Below are positions 29,397-43,914 of a stretch of 64,000 nucleotides of DNA, one piece after another; the first letter of the stretch is position 1, and each line of letters opens with the position of its first letter. A program made the position numbers and the translations under genes. The notes under the pieces were generated by a model. That model had not been told where the DNA came from and did not search any database. It saw nothing but the letters and a program-made list of their open reading frames with translations. This DNA is from the human T2T-CHM13v2.0 reference genome, Homo sapiens. The stretch lies in the NCBI RefSeq assembly GCF_009914755.1, contig NC_060928.1, one strand, 5' to 3'.

Positions 29397-29504
29397 AGAA
29401 ATGCTCAGAAATTGTTATCTGTTATGGATTGTTATCACCTGTAAAAATAGAAGACTTATACGAATACTGAAATACAGATTCTGAAATTATGAAACTGTAA
29501 TTAC

Positions 29505-29660
29505 TGACTTGTAATCTTGGCCCTGACATTTATTAACAGTATAAATTTCAGCAATTATTTTACTTCTGTAAACGTTGGTCTGCTTTTTTCTAAAATAGAC
29601 ACAATGATGTTTGTCTTGCAACTATACAGAGTTATTTTGAATGTCAAATGAGTCCAGAAT
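29505..29660 (+). mobile_element. MIR fragment
   Basis: 'cttggccctgacatttattaac...gagttattttgaatgtcaaatgag'. Confidence 0.55.
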
Positions 29661-32259
29661 GATGACAGTATATGCAACCTCTATAGTTCTGCAAGATACA
29701 AAATGAAAAACATAAACTTGGAAAACTGGAGAGTCATAGAAGGAATAGAGAACTTCCAAATCACCTAAAATAATAATGTAAGAGTAAATTTTAGGAACCA
29801 ATAAACTTCATAAAATCTTTACCCAGCTTTTCTAACTGAAAATATATTTCATTAACCCTAAAACTAAAAGGAAAAGGTTAAAAAAATTCCAGTAAAACAA
29901 AATTAAGCCAAGAATATATACAACTTGCAAAGTAAACAAAACACAATTTTACTTGTGTGTCCCCAGCACCCTCATTCCACTTATTAACATTTTTTCAATG
30001 TGAATAATTTTTATCTGCCCCTGGATAAAAATTTTGGTGTACCTGTGTCTTTTCCTTTATCCTTAGGAATAACAGGTCCTATGATAATTTACATTTCACA
30101 CAATTTCAATTGTGAAGTTAGAATGAACAATGACAAATATAAGTTAAAACACAGAATCTGACTTCCAGTTAAAATTTTTCCCCTTTGAAAAGGAGACCTT
30201 TTCAAGTTTGCTCCACCTAGAATGGGGAAATGGTCATTCTTTATATCTTTCCTCTTTCACTCTTTCCTCGGTGGTTTTTTGTTATCATTTTGTTGACTCT
30301 CAACTCCAAGTCAGTGGAAGAAGAAGGTGCTATAAGTTCAGGACAGTTCTTGCTTATCTGAATAGTTTGGCCATTTCTGTGCTTGGCAGATGAATAAAGC
30401 TACACTTTCTCCTGGGTGGAGCCTACTAGACAATTCTTTCCCAAACTCTCTTGACCAGGAAGGTTGCACTCCCATCCTGGTGGTCATTTACAAATCCTTC
30501 TATACCTTCTGTGTATTCAGCAATTTATACGCAGATTCCTTCAAGAGAGGACTCCTTGTCCCTCTGGAGTCCTAGGAAATAAAAGCCAAGACAACCCCAA
30601 GCCAAGAGGTAACCTCACCAGTTACTTCTCTCTTCTCTCTCTCTCTTTCTGGTTTCAAATCTGGCCTGTGCAAAACACTTACTCATCTGTTACCAAGGTA
30701 AGCTAATAGAGATGGACTCTAAGATGTGACCACACTCCTTACTTCTGCTACTAAAGCCAGTCCTATGAATTTCGTGAATCAAATCATTCTCCGGTTTACA
30801 TTCTGCTTCAGCCATCTTATTATCAAGCCCAAATTTTTCATCTCTTCCAATTGCAGCAGGCAGGTCAAAGTTTCCAAGTAGTTCCATTGCCTATCGGCAA
30901 GAAGGTAGCGCCATTCTTCCATGCCACTCTGGGACTCCTCTCTGCCAATAAATCTCCTCCATATTCCAGCCACTCCTCTTACAGAACCCTAAGCTAGCTA
31001 AAGTTTCTTAAACCATTTCCTCTTAATTTACATGGGAACATTTTTCTTACACTCCATTCTAATATCTGCTGTTGTACAGCTGAACTTGAGACAGGAAAGA
31101 GCCATTCTAACATCCTATTACCTGTGGATAAACCTGCTTGCCACATACAGAGAGAAGCTTGCAGGTGCTGAAGCGTCTCTTCAATATGAAAGCATATGCC
31201 ATAAGCATAGTTCAGCCCAGGTTTCTAACAAAGAATTTCTCCCGTGGAAAGCATGATATGGTATCACAGCAAATCAGCTAAGGAGAGGAGATTGACAGAA
31301 GAAGTAATTTCCTCATAGATGAAATAAGGTTCCAAAAGGAAAAAATTCAGTAGAGGTTTACTGAGTGGAAGGCAGAGAATACATTACATAATTTATTCAT
31401 AAGCCAAATTTGTATGACATAAGTTTGTCTGTGTGCAAACCATTAGACCAATCCTGTAACTACACACGTACCTGTATTGACTATCATTGCACTCTCTGCT
31501 GGATCCAGCACACACAGAAAGCAACCAAACACACTCCTAAATTTTGCCAGAGTTTTCTCAAAGACAATCTCAACTGTCTCCTCTGGGACTAGATTTTATG
31601 TCCCAAGTGCCACACCAGTCCCTGGGCTTTCACTTTTACTTTTAACTGCTTAGTCCAATAGTCATTCCCTGACCAAGTGAGAGATTAAAAATAAATATGG
31701 CAAACGAGGAATGAATATTAGGGATCAATCTTGCAATGGGAACTACTCCTAGAAGCTCTCTTTTTCTTAATAAAATATCAGTATGCCATTAAAATTTATT
31801 TCCAGCTTTGAATTAGCCAATACAAAAGCAATCAATTCAGTCTTCACAAAGTGAGGGACTTCAACCACTCTTCAATTTGGCCTCCTTTTGATGCTGGCAA
31901 AACATCAATCAGTCAATCGATACAGAAAGTAAGAGAGCATAAAAGCCCAGCAGAAACAATAACTAACACACATTTGTTTGGGATTTTTATTTGTTTGATT
32001 ATTTGCCTGTTCATTGTATATTTGCTTGTTTCTGAAATAAAGGGTAATGTAACTGTTTCTTAATAAGAAGCAAGATACAAATGAAAGAAGATATTCACAC
32101 AACCAACACAAAGACTAAAACAAGAATTAAGGTGCAATCATGTAGAACAAGGCAACAGAAGATGGAGTAAACCAGGACAAAACAAATAAAGAACATCAGG
32201 AACCAAATGTGAAATCTGACTCCAAAGATACATGCAACTAGAGAGTGATATTAATCTTT

Positions 32260-32574
32260 GTGTGTGTGCGTGTGTTTATTTGTTTGTTTTTTGAGACAGA
32301 GTTTCACTCGTCACCCAGGCTGGAGTACAGTGACACAATCTCAGCTCACTGCAACCTCCGCCTCCCGAGTTCAAACTATTCTCCTGCTTCAACCTCCTGA
32401 AGTAGCTGGAATTACAGGCACCCACCACCACGCCTGGCTAATTTTTGTATTTTTAGTAGAGACAGGATTTCATCCTGTTGGCTAGGCTGGTCTTGAACTC
32501 CTGACCTCAGGTGATCCACTCGCCTCGGACTCCCAAAGTGCTGAGGTTACAGGCATGAGCCATCACACCCAACC
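32260..32574 (-). mobile_element. AluSx-like, tail converted to (GT)/(TTTG) repeats
   Basis: Antisense Alu; 18-bp TSD agagtgatattaatcttt at 32242-32259 and 32576-32593. Confidence 0.96.
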
Positions 32575-34089
32575 AAGAGTGATATTAATCTTTACTAAGA
32601 AAACAAAGTAGACAGAAGCACCACATTATTTAATTGTCTAACTGAATGTATGTCTTAATCATTTGCTAAAATTGTGTCATTTTACGAAAGTATTATCGGT
32701 AATTCTATCCAAGGAATTATTTCCTTCTTATGGCAACCTTGATTAAAGCAAGCAAACAAAACATCATGATATAGAAATTCCTAACCATCTGTAGAGACCC
32801 TTCATGATCCAAGAAAGGGAGGGATTAGTTTCACCAGCTAACAAAAGTAGCTTAGCCTTACCCACACATGCCCTCAATCACAAGTTAAACTCTTTCTTTA
32901 CTTTAAAAATATTTTTGCTGAAATATTATTGTTTTTGCAGGTGTGAAATAGCAAACAGCTGTGAAAAAATAATTGCATTCCTTTCAAAGTTTCAGACTTA
33001 CTCTTGGCTTTGATCTTAAATGATCAAATCCTTGAAGAGGACATGTGCAAATATTTTAAACCTAATTTATAATATCCAGTTTCTAGTTGAGAGAAGAGGA
33101 AATTAATAAATAACATTCTACAAAATTATTTTATAGTTTTCAAAATTAATAAAATAGCCAGACAATCTTTGTTGTAACTATTTTAACAAGGCAGGAGGGT
33201 ATTACAATGGGCTCATTTTGATTATTAAATCTTATAAAAACTTTAGATCTCGTTTCTGTTCTCAGAAGATAGGATTATTTTTTCTTTTCTACATCATTTG
33301 GTTTGTTTATTCATATTATCTGGGTTCTTTTAAAATGAAGGTGAAAGTGGCCAAGTCATTCTGGTTAGCACAGGTGATAAAATAGTATTCTAAGTGAAAT
33401 ATTATTTATTACCAAATGAAAAGAAATAAGAGACCAGGAGAGCATTTCAACAGGTCTCATGAAAAATTCAAACGTCTTTCAGGGTACAAGGGTAACTTTT
33501 CCATTACTCTTACTCAGCACATCTATTTTGATTCCTTTCTCCCTGGTCTCTTCCTATTAAAGATTACTTTCACATATTCCAAACACAAAACACAAACCTC
33601 CACTGATTGTCTCCCTTAGTAATTTCCCAATTTCATGCATATTTGTTGGATATTATTTTCGGACCTCGCAGCTGGCTCATTTATAGATAATTGCCTGTGG
33701 TTCATTTGTCCTGATCTCTTATCCAATAAACTATAAGCCTGAGATGTGGAATTCAGAGAAGGCAGAGTAACCAATATACGAGGAATCGTCCACAGCTGAT
33801 TTGCCATCGCATGTGTCTTATTCTGGTCTTAAGACCTCTACGGTCTTCCAGTTAGAAACAGTCACTGATCAAATAATCTGCTGCAGTTCCTATGCTGCAA
33901 GAATGGAATACTTTTAGAAACAAATACATAAATCCTGTTTTCAAAGAACTCCTGAGGACAGAGGAAAAGATACTTAGAGGAAAGATAAGAAATACACTGG
34001 GTAGAGGGGAAATGCTGATAAACATACATGTATAAGGTTAAAAAAAAAAGGTAATGAACTTGTGAAAATTGCGTAGAGAGCAAGATGGG

Positions 34090-34400
34090 GAGGAACTGTC
34101 CAAGGACTCACAGAGGTGATAATACTTAGAAAAACTGAGGTATGGATAGGGATGAGGGCTTGTGGGTGGCGTGATGAAAGTTATCTCAGAAATAATGAAT
34201 TCAAGAAAATTCACAAGGCTTCAGTGGCTAGCAAGTAGACTATGGATGAAGAAATTGTGGAAGATGAATCTGAAAATAAATGTGGATAGAATTGAGAAGT
34301 TGAAGGACCTTGCGTACCACATGAAGGACTCTCAGTTTTTATCTTATAGAAATGGACAGTATCATGATTTTATGCAGAGATGCTATATTATTAAATGCAT
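34090..34400 (-). mobile_element. L2 fragment
   Basis: Purine-rich antisense L2 'gaaggaccttgcgtaccacatgaaggactctcagtttttatct'. Confidence 0.6.
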
Positions 34401-34429
34401 AGATTGATTTGACTTCAATAACCACCTTC

Positions 34430-34660
34430 TTAAATCTAAACACTTGGTCTCGTTAATTGCTATGCTCTGCACTGCCCCTACACATGGGGGCATCTTACAT
34501 CTGAGCCTTTATTTCAGCAGTTTGCTTGCCTGAAATGCCCACCCCATTACTTTCTTTCAAACCAAGTCCTTTAATTATTTTCAAATCCATGTCAGTGACA
34601 TGCCTTAAATGTCACCTTCTCAGCTTTCTTTCTCTGTGGCCAACTTATTTTTTTCTATTA
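34430..34660 (+). mobile_element. L2 fragment
   Basis: 'ttgcctgaaatgccc...ccttaaatgtcaccttctcag'. Confidence 0.5.
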
Positions 34661-34999
34661 CATAATTTATATAAAACTTTTTAAGAATATTATTGATACT
34701 TGTACCTTGCAACATTGGGTGTTCAAATAATTACATAGAATATGATTGTTTAACTTTTATATGTGTCTAGAACAGCTCTAAATTTCATCAGCATCTTTAG
34801 TGGAAAAACTGCAGCACGCTTTGAATTTTTTCTTTAGATTGTGTTTTTTTTTAAATAAAATAATCACGATTGATTCTCTAAAAGACAATCAGGTTGAGAA
34901 ACTATTATGTAAGATTTTTTTCTGTATGTAAATTCACACAAAAACAAAATTTTTTTTTGTCATACTACATATTTTGATTTTTGAAAGAGAGAAAAAAAA

Positions 35000-36170
<1,171 letters not shown>

Positions 36171-36770
36171 AATAAATTTATCATTTTTTGTATAAAATAT
36201 GAATTTTCTTATTCAATGACTGATATGGTCAGCAAATATCTTTCTTTGAAAGTGTCTTTTTAAAAAATCACAATATATTTCACATCTCAGCTAAAATGTA
36301 AATGTATAAATTTATAGTAATTCAACTCTCCTTGCTAATTTGTTTTCTTCTATGTTAAAAGTCATGAAAAAGAGATACCTACAGGAGTGTATAAACAGAA
36401 AATAAAAAATCAGTTTTGTTGCAATATCTACAATTATTGATCCAAGAAGTTTAAGTTGCATTGGCAGATGAAGCCTCAAGAAGGTGAGGTTAGAAGTATT
36501 CAAAGATTTATTAATTTTCTTATTTACAGCAGGGAGCGTATTAAAATCGAGGGGTTCTAAGCTCAAATATTTGATCAGTCCTTCCCACTATAAACACTTA
36601 CCTTCATTGTTTTTGCCTAAGCATCACATATAAGATTTCTACCATCGGTTTCATTTACTTGCCAACCAGATGGCCAGGTTGGGTCAAAGCATGGAAAAGA
36701 AAATGTCCATGGAGTTAAAATGTTTGAAGTTAGTTAGCATGCTATAATAAAGTTGGAATGAAATACTTGA

Positions 36771-37112
<342 letters not shown>

Positions 37113-37913
37113 TAAGACATTTCAGTGTATAAAAATCATCTTGAAAATTAACATTGTGTAAGAGATACTCAAATGGATCTATAAAATAAAATCAAAGAAT
37201 GGTATTATGTTTTAAAGCATGCAACAAGTTGTAACATTAGCTAGTTAGAATTCAAATAGATTTTATTTATCAATTTTAAAACATTTGAGGATTTTTGGGT
37301 GGACAGAGTCTTCTGAGAAAAGGAGCACTCTGTGAAAATAACTAACTTCGTACACAGAAAACTGTATATTTTCTCAATATAAAAAAACACAACAAGACTA
37401 CACTTCATACCAATCACTTTAGCATACATGTTGAATATTTGATACAATTTTGAGTCTTATTAGTAGGAGTTGGGCTTGGATCCTTGAGGAAAAAAAAATG
37501 TTGACTCTCTTTACCACTTGGATAATCTTTTTCAAATCTACATATTTTGAACTCATTTATAATCATAGCATGGATAAAGTAATAAGTAATTGAAATAAAA
37601 TTTAGTTCCATTAGTTTCCAAATGTCTTTCTGAACATTAGGGTAAAAATATATGTAGCAAGCTTAAGTTTATTTTTAAACTTGATTATGCCCTTTGCAGT
37701 AGTTTAATCAGAGCACAGATAAATCTAATAAGGTATTTTTAATTTTCTTCATAGACATTTAATTACACAATAATTAATATGTTCAATATCAAGATTTGGA
37801 CCTTAATGAAAATTAAATTTGAAATTGTTTCGATGGAAGATTTCAACATATAGAATATATTCTATAATACATATATGAAGGTTTTTGTGAAGTTTTCATC
37901 TAGAAAATCATCA

Positions 37914-38042
37914 TTATTATTATTTTTGAAACAGGATCTCACTATGTTACCCAACGCTGGACTCAAATCCTGGGCCCAAGCCATCCTCCTGTCTCAGCCT
38001 TGGGAGTAGCTGGGACTACAGACCCATGCACCATGCCCAGCT
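37914..38042 (-). mobile_element. Free left Alu monomer (FLAM/FAM-like)
   Basis: Single ~130-bp monomer; flanking direct repeat tagaaaatcat at 37901-37911 and 38046-38056. Confidence 0.85.
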
Positions 38043-39113
38043 TATTAGAAAATCATTACTTTGCATGGGGAAAATATGGATATTTCCCTGCCAAATCATT
38101 ACCCTTTGAATAACAACTTCAAAAATATAAATTCAACAAAGCAGTTGCTTTGATGATATATTAGAGCTAATATAATATATAACGAAATGAGCCATATATA
38201 ATAAACTTTTTAGGGTGCTTGTGTTTTATTATTTCTTCCAAGAAAATATTAAAGAAGGTGAAGAAAACTAATGGACCATTACAACATTAACTTTAGTCTG
38301 GGAAATATGTACAAAATAAAATAAGCAAAAAAAAAAAAAAAGAAAACACTATTTTGTCAGATTTCTCTGGCTTCTCTAGATAAAAGTTTTTCTGATTGGA
38401 TGTTATTTACATTTAGATGAATAAGTGAATACACTTTCCTCTAGAATCAATTTAAATATAATACATAAAGTAACCTCTACATGCTAATTTCTGGATTTTA
38501 GGTAAGCTCAGTGGGTTAAAGTGTGGTGCTTGGCAAAACAGTTAACTTAATATTTCCATGACTGCATAATACATTCTCATGCATGAATAACTTAGCAAAC
38601 ATTTATTACTATTGCTGAAAAAAGGAAGAAAGTGTGCTATACTGTCAATTTTTACTAAGAAATATGTTACAAAAAAATAATATTTTGAAGGAAGATACTG
38701 GAAACACGTAGATGTGCAAGATGATAGATATTTAAAATTATTTTTATGGATAGCTTAAAAATTAGGAATATGGGAAAAGAAGAGGTTCCTTTTGTCAAAT
38801 TCAAGTTAGAAGTACGTTTATTAAGTTATAGCAATAGCTCAGAGTCTATTGATTTTGGCAGTTGACAAGAAAAGTTGATTCATTCATTACTTCACTTAAT
38901 ACACATTATGAACACTTAATACAATTGTGTAGATAAAGTTTTAACATTGGGTTGCTTATCTTTTGGTAAAAAGCAGATACAAACACAGTTTGCCCCAAAC
39001 ATTGCTTAGAGGAGGCACAAAGTTCAGTCATGAAGAAAAGAATTCCTGCAGAAACTTATCTGAAGTTGTGACCTGAAACATTAACGGGAATAGCCAACCA
39101 AAGATATGGGAGG

Positions 39114-39115
<2 letters not shown>

Positions 39116-39149
<34 letters not shown>

Positions 39150-39230
39150 ATGTAAGAGACGGAGAAAAAGAGAGAGAGAAAGAGAATGAGAGAGAGACAA
39201 AGATAGAGAGGAAAAACAGGGACAGAGAAA
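39116..39230. repeat. (TG)n followed by degenerate (GA)n
   Basis: Directly visible. Confidence 0.9.
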
Positions 39231-39620
39231 GAGGTGGCTTCATCTACTAGTTAAAAAGAGTGAGCTATTTTCATATTGCTAAAGCATAGAATCATAGAGT
39301 AAGGTGAAAGCTACTGCAAGGGTCTGTGAATCCATATGGATATGTGCATGGACTACCTGTAGAACAAATAATATGTTTTGGATCTCATATTTTTCAAATG
39401 AATGTAATGAAATGCAAATGTATTCAAAATTATTGCTGGATTCCTATTAGATTTATCATTTTTCCCCAAATGAACACTGAAAGGTCAATGGCTGTAAAGA
39501 AGTGGTACACATAATTGTGAAATTAAGATTCTCTGTGTTGAAATGTGCAGAATCCCTAGCTAATAACATCAATATCTAATTCCATACATTTAAAAATGCA
39601 TCAAAGTGTCAGTAGCTATT

Positions 39621-39893
39621 TGTCTGAGTCTATTCAGACTGTTAACCACAAAAATACTACAGATTGGGTGGCTTATAAACAACAGAAATTTATTTCTCAC
39701 AGTTCTCGAGACTAGGATGTCTGAGAGATTAGTAGGCCCACAGATGTGGTGTTTGGTGACAGTGTTTCCTGGCTCATAGATGGCTGTCTTTAGGTTGTGT
39801 CTTCACATGGCAAAAGGGGTGAGGGCCTCTTTTATAGCAGCACTAATCCCATTATAAGAGCTTCACATTTATGAAATAATCATCCTCCAAAAC
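39621..39893 (-). mobile_element. MLT1A0-like LTR (partial)
   Basis: 'gggtggcttataaacaacagaaatttatttctcacagttct...gtcttcacatggc...cactaatcccatt'. Confidence 0.85.
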
Positions 39894-41722
39894 TCATGTT
39901 CTTCTCACAGGTAAAATACATTTACTACATCCCCAAAGCCCAGAAAGTTTTAACTCATTCCAGCATCAACTAAAAAGTCTAATGTCTCATCGAAATATCT
40001 CTAAATTAGCTATGAGTGAGACTCAAGGTATGATTTATTCGGAGGCAAACTGCTCTCCAGCTCTGAACATGTGAAATCAAAGAGAATTCAATGGTGGAAT
40101 CAGCATAGGATAGATATTTCCATTCTGAAAGAGAAAAATAAGAAAAAAACAAAGGATTAATAGGTTTTGAACAAGTCCAAAACCCAATGGAGCAAACCCC
40201 ATTAGTCCTTAAGGCTTAGAATAATCTTTGGCTCCATGCTCTGTCTTCCAGGACCACTGAGGCAGAGGTCCCTACCCGAACACATTGGGGAAGGGGACCT
40301 GCCTTGAGAACTTAATTGGGCAGTAGTCCTCCTACTGCAGCTTTGTCAGGCAAAAGTTGAGTCCCCAAGGCCCCAGGCTGCCTTGGTGCCATGGTAGCTC
40401 TTTGGTGGGGACCCATCCTCACTGATCCACAGGAAATTGTTCCTTTCCTTTGAAATATAAGTTGAGGCAGCCATGCCCCTAGGCTTCTCTAGGTATGTAT
40501 GGTAAGTGGAGATGGTGCTGTACAAACTCTACCAAAGTTATGCCCTCTAGAAAGGCAGCCACTGCACCCTGCCACAGCTGCACCTGAAACAGCCAGAGAG
40601 TGTGGGGAGCTAAACCCTTTATGTGAAGTTATACCAGGCAGTTTATGCCAAGACTCAACGGGCACGAGCCCTTCCTTTGCATTCTTCCATTGAACAATAG
40701 CTCTTGTCTTCTGTTGGGAAGGCTGACTAAGCTCCTTGCCAAATACTCCTTCAGCCATAGCCTTAGTGTTTTCTCTTGAACAGGTGTTATCCTTTACATT
40801 ATGGATAGGCTAATAGTTTTGCCAAGCCTTTAAGTTTTGATGCCCTTTTAATTGACAATTCCGTCTTAAAATCATGTACCTCTTCTAACATTTTACTATA
40901 ATCAGCAGTGAGAAGTCGCCTTAGTTTGTTTGGGATGGTACAACAAAATACCATAGACTGGTTAATTTACAAACAACAGAAATTTATTGCTCACAGTTCT
41001 GGAGGCTGCAAAGGCCAAAGCATCCACAGATTTCGTGTCTAGTGAGGGTTTGTTCTCTGTTTCAAGACAGCTCTTTCTTGTTGCATCCTCACATGGCAGA
41101 AGTAGAGGAAGCCTCAAATCTTTTTTAATAAGAAACTGATTCTATTTATGAGGATGGGGCCAATGACACCCAATCACCTCCTAAAGTCACCATGTTTTAA
41201 TATCACCACAATGTGAATTAGATGTGAACAAGAATTTTGGAAGGACACAAATCTTCAGACCATAGCAGAAGCCAAGCTTCATCTTTAACATTTTGTTTAG
41301 ATATTTTCTCAGCTAACTATCCAGTTTCATTGCTCTCAATTTCTACCTTTCACAAACACTAGGACACAGACACAATTCAACCAATTTATTTGCCACTTTA
41401 TCATAAAGGTCCAGCTTCCAATGACAACTTCCTCATTTCTGTCTGAGACCTCCTATGGCTGAACTTTTCAATTCAAAATTCTACCAACACTCTGTTCAAA
41501 ATTACTAAGGTATTCTCAAAGATTGAGGATTTTTCTACAGATTTCCACTTTTCCCCCTAAGCATTCATGAGAATTGCCTTTAAAAACTGTTCACAGCAAT
41601 GTAGACTTTTTGTAGTATGTACCTCAAATTCTTTCAGCCTCTATCCATCACTCAGTTACAATGCCATCCCCACATTTTTGGGTATTTGTTATAGCCACAT
41701 CCCATTCCCAGAACTAATTTCT
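39894..41722 (-). mobile_element. MLT1A-type MaLR internal region (split by a nested LTR)
   Basis: 'ttaactcattccagcatcaact', 'gagtgagactcaaggtatgatt', 'caagtccaaaaccca', ending 'gtatttgttatagc...aatttct'. Confidence 0.85.
40917..41267 (-). mobile_element. MLT1A-like solo LTR nested in MLT1 internal sequence
   Basis: Complete LTR ending 'cagaccatagca'; TSD gaagt (40912-40916) / gaagc (41268-41272). Confidence 0.88.
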
Positions 41723-41767
41723 CATATTTTCTCTTTTCAGACCCTTAAACAAAACACATAGAATAGA

Positions 41768-42126
41768 TGTATTAGTTCGTTTTCACACTTCTGATAAAGA
41801 TGTACTCGAGACTGAGCAATTTACAAATGAAAGAGGTTTAATGGACTCACAGTTCCACTTGGCTGGGGTGGCCTCACAATCACGGCAGAAGGTGAAAGGC
41901 ACGTCTCACATGGTGGTGGCAAGAGAGAATGAGAGCCAAGCAAAAGGGGATTCCCCTTATAAAACCATCAGCTCTCGTGAGACTTATTCACTACCACAAG
42001 AACAGTATGGGGGAGCTGCCCCCATGATTCAATGATCTCCCACTGAGTCCCTCCCACAACACGAGGGAATTATGGGAGCTACAATTCAAGATGAGATTTG
42101 GGTGGTAACACAGTCAAACCATATCA
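41768..42126 (-). mobile_element. THE1B (MaLR) solo LTR
   Basis: 'tgtattagttcgttttcacacttctgataaag...caagatgagatttgggtgg...aaaccatatca'. Confidence 0.94.
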
Positions 42127-43669
42127 ATGCATGATTGAGAATCTTTCTCTGTTGAAAATATGAAGAATCTCTGGCAAATCCACAAATTGTTTAGAAAAAA
42201 ATTAACAGACTAATCTCTGGTGGCTGGAGAAAGGAAAGAACACATTTGCTTCAGGTAATTTCAGGTTTTCTAACTGGAGCACTTTGTTCTATAAAATTAG
42301 GCCTAGTTTTAAGAAAGATTCTCGCCTGCATTGTTGCCAAATTTTATTTTTTGTTAACAAAAAAGAAAAAAGTTCAAATGTGACAATTCCATGAATATGA
42401 GGAAAGCTGCAGGAGTATAGTGCCATGACAAATCCATCTATAGTAGAACCATTGGAAGGCGAATTTCAGCATTTGGGACAGATAGTTACAAGATACAGAA
42501 ATAGGGATGACAGTAAATAATACACTGCTATAGATGAGTTTCTTCAACAGTTTCTTTCCCTCATATTGTATTTTTATACTTTTCTTTGTCACTGGATGCC
42601 TTAGCCTCTGATTCACCATGTTTTGCCTGCTTTTTCCTATGGGCTACTTAGAGCCTTTTTCATGACAGTATCAAAATAAGTAGCTTCAAACAATGGCTTT
42701 GGAGAAGGGACGCTTCTCAGAGATTTATTTACATATTGTTATCATCTAAACCATTTTTAGTCAGACTGAAGAGAAAAAAAAGAGAATATCCTGAAAGAGC
42801 ATGGCATTATTTTCCCTCAATGAGTTTCAGGTGAGCAGTTGTCAAAAATCCAAAGTTAAAAATTGAGAGTCTCAGAGTATGTTGAAAAGTACCTTATCAG
42901 TTGAGAAAGTAAGAACTAATTTGAAAACCACATGTGTAATCCAGGAAACACATTTAGTTGTAGAGCATCCTTGGTGACCTTACTCACTACACAATGTGCT
43001 AAAGTCAGAGGTTATAAAACACAAAATTGTGACTGACTGGCATGTGGAAATGTCTGCTGACCTCATTTTTGCAAGGTAACAAATGACCGTATATAATAGT
43101 CTCATTTTGACATATCTAGGCTCTCAGATTTGCTCAGTATCCAGCACATCTCTTGTGCTTATTGAAGCCAATAATAAGCAAAATCATCCCAGATGGAACC
43201 AAAGAAGCAGTACTAATCATTTGAGAAGTATATTCCCCACTTTGGTTTCTTTTTAATTTCTACCTTGTATGCAAAATCAGATTTATTTCAGGAAGTAACA
43301 TGGATGTCAATTGCTCTGTGATCTGCAGTTTTTAAATTTGGAGAACATGGCAATACATTCATAGCCAAAGAAAAACAACTTAGTCTTTTATATCAAGTAT
43401 TACAAATTGCCAATATTATATATTAGCCATATTCTTGACACCTTTTTATGAACTTCTCAGTTATTACAACAAGAATCAGAGGTTATTTCTCCATTAGAAC
43501 CATAATTGTTTTAAACAAGAGTATGAAGGGGCCAGATAAAAAGGATGCCAGTCATTGTAATAAACCATATAATTAAAGGGATGGCTGTATCATGCTATAT
43601 TCACTAGATGATTAACCCAGTTTGAGAACATAAATACTGATAAAATTCGAATAACTTTATTTAAATGTC

Positions 43670-43914
43670 TTTTTTTATTTTTTGAGATTACCAGGCTGGA
43701 ATGCAGTAGCACGATCATAGCTCACTGTAGCCTCGAACTCCTAAGCTCAAGTTATTATCCCACCTCAACCTCCTGAGTAGCTAGGACTACATCTATGTAC
43801 CACCATGCCCACCTAATCTTTATTTTTCTCCTTTAGATTTGGCAACTGCCTACATTGCCCAGGCTGGTCCCAAACTCCTGGCCTCAAGAAAACCTCCTGC
43901 CTCACCCTCCTGAG
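43670..43914 (-). mobile_element. AluJ (Jo/Jr-like), decayed and partial
   Basis: 'gatcatagctcactgtagcctcgaactcct' is the AluJ right-arm signature. Confidence 0.88.
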
